Shown here in pieces: positions 62,461-64,000 of a DNA stretch of 64,000 nucleotides; within the stretch, counting starts at the first letter, position 1, and every line of letters begins with the position of its first letter. The stretch covers positions 97,960,001 through 98,024,000 of the forward strand of contig NC_043004.1 of assembly GCF_006345805.1 (NCBI RefSeq), in the 5' to 3' direction. The notes under the pieces were generated by a model, which was not told the origin of the DNA, made no database searches, and saw only the letters and a program-made list of their open reading frames with translations. The DNA is from Octopus sinensis (taxonomy: Eukaryota). A program made the translations under genes and the position numbers.

Positions 62461-64000
62461 TTCAGTAGTTTTATTTTTATAGCGTGCTTTCACTTCACTA
62501 CCGAGCGCAGCTCTGTGTGCCTTGGGTATGTGCTGTGATTTGTTGTGATGCTCTGATGGTTATTGTATGGAAAGTGTTCTGCGTAGGATGTGTGCAGTGC
62601 CTAGTAGTGCAATTTTCTGTATGTTATATGTGTTTGTAAGTCCTGGTGTTTTTGTTATGTATTTGTCTGAATATTTTTTTATCATGCCTAATGCGCCTAC
62701 TATGATAGGAATTGTTTCTGTTTTCAGGTTCCACATTCTAGTTACCTCTATTTCCAGATCTTTGTATTTTGAGAGTTTCTCCATTTCTTTTAGAGACACG
62801 TTGTCATCTGCCGGTATTGAAACATCAATTAGAAAGCATTTTTTTTCTTCATGATCTCTGACAACTATATCTGGTCTGTTGGCCTTAATTTCTCTATCTG
62901 TGTGTATCGGCATATCCCAGAGTATGGTTGCTTTCTCGTTTTCTGTGACCTTTTCTGGTGTGTGCCTATACCATCTCTTTTCTGTTGTTATTCCATAATG
63001 TTGGCATAGCTTCCAATGTATGTAGGTTCCAACTCTGTCTTGTCTGTGAATATATTCCTTCTTAGCCAGGACTGGGCAGCTAGAGATAATATGATTTATT
63101 GTTTCATGTCCATCTCCACATATTCTGCAATTACTTGTAATATTTCTTTTCATTACATGTTTTTGGTAATTTCTGGTGGGGAGGCTTTGGTCTTGTGCTG
63201 CAATTAAAAATCCCTCTGTTTCTGCTTTGAGTCCTGAGCTTCTCAACCATTGCTGGGATTTTTCTTTGTCTATTTCTTTTGCGTTTAGTTTAGTGCAGTA
63301 TTTACCATGAAGGGGCTTTTCTTGCCATCGTTTTATCATGGCTCGTTGCTGTTCTATTTTTAGTTTGGATTTCATTTGTTTTATAGCTTTTGTTGTTTCT
63401 TCATCATCTTCTTCTTCTTCTTTGTGTTTATTAGGTGGTATGATTTCTTGTTTGTATTTGTCAGCTTCCTTAAATACTGAGAACAGTTTTTTGTTTTGCT
63501 CGTGTTTTGCTGCTATCTGGATCAGTTTTCCTTCCTTCTGAAGTAGGTATTTTTGCAGTCCTATGGTGGTTATTTTATAGTAGTTTTCCAGCTGTATAAG
63601 GCCTCTACCACCTTCTATACGTTGTATATATAGTCTTTCTATGTCAGATTTTGGGTGATGCATCCTAGATCCTGTCAGTATTTTTCTTGTTTTCCTATCT
63701 ATTTTGGTCAGTTCATTTCGTGTCCAGTTAAGGATATTGTAGCTGTAACTTATAACTGGACACAGCTAAAGTGTTGATACCTATTATCTTGTTTTTAGCA
63801 TTGAGCTCTGTTTTTAGTATTGATCTAACTCGTCTATAATATTCTTTTTTTATTTTCTCTTTCATTTGTGTGTGTTGTGTCTTATCTAGTTCATGGATTC
63901 CTAAGTATTTGTAAGTTGGCTTTGGTCTAATTCTTTTATTTCATTGGTTTTATCTAGTGTGATGTTGTTACTCTTAACTAGTTTTCCTCTTTTCATGGTT
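62461..64000 (-). mobile_element. Young R4/Dong-clade non-LTR retrotransposon (continues past the window)
   Basis: RT C-terminus (YKYLGI, NTLAV/PVISYS, DRKTRK), zinc knuckle and RLE; the ~100-bp 3' UTR runs into (TAA)n. Confidence 0.9.
62560..63663 (-). CDS. R4/Dong ORF C-terminal 367 aa (CCHC knuckle plus restriction-like endonuclease)
   Basis: HPKSDIERLY...GGRGL, AAQDQSL, CRICGDGHETINHIISSC (Cx2Cx8Hx4C), NRPDIVV...IDVSIP...KLSKY and IVGALG. The true start lies upstream beyond frameshifts. Confidence 0.9.
   Translation of the reverse strand: MHHPKSDIERLYIQRIEGGRGLIQLENYYKITTIGLQKYLLQKEGKLIQIAAKHEQNKKLFSVFKEADKYKQEIIPPNKHKEEEEDDEETTKAIKQMKSKLKIEQQRAMIKRWQEKPLHGKYCTKLNAKEIDKEKSQQWLRSSGLKAETEGFLIAAQDQSLPTRNYQKHVMKRNITSNCRICGDGHETINHIISSCPVLAKKEYIHRQDRVGTYIHWKLCQHYGITTEKRWYRHTPEKVTENEKATILWDMPIHTDREIKANRPDIVVRDHEEKKCFLIDVSIPADDNVSLKEMEKLSKYKDLEIEVTRMWNLKTETIPIIVGALGMIKKYSDKYITKTPGLTNTYNIQKIALLGTAHILRRTLSIQ

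Overview
AT-rich eukaryotic DNA, mostly intergenic or intronic, packed with microsatellites ((TA)n, (CA)n, (TATG)n, (GATA)n, (TAA)n, (GTA/GTG/GAT)n) and transposon copies. The SINE and microsatellite profile looks like a coleoid cephalopod (Octopus-like); this is inferred from family resemblance, not from a search. No complete host gene can be identified, and most ORFs in the supplied track are microsatellite artefacts. The real coding signals come from retroelements and transposons: a young 5'-truncated CR1-clade LINE (648-aa RT ORF) with an older sibling in the opposite orientation; a young R4/Dong RLE-type LINE running off the right edge, plus three older R4/Dong 3' ends; Tx1/L1 3' ends; Penelope-like (PLE) RT and GIY-YIG remnants of at least two types; and mariner and Tigger/pogo fragments. 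There are also three non-autonomous Helitrons and about 25 copies of three tRNA-derived SINE families. The most notable structures are a near-perfect ~507-bp foldback (41419-41925), a complete minimal type-I hammerhead ribozyme fold (26101-26150), several other hairpin or inverted elements, an exact 42-bp direct repeat, and a candidate minus-strand 5' gene region (51.6-52.4 kb) whose splice donor sits in a duplicated 177-bp block. Isolated candidate exons are reported at low confidence. I found no clearly new biological system; the findings are leads to test.
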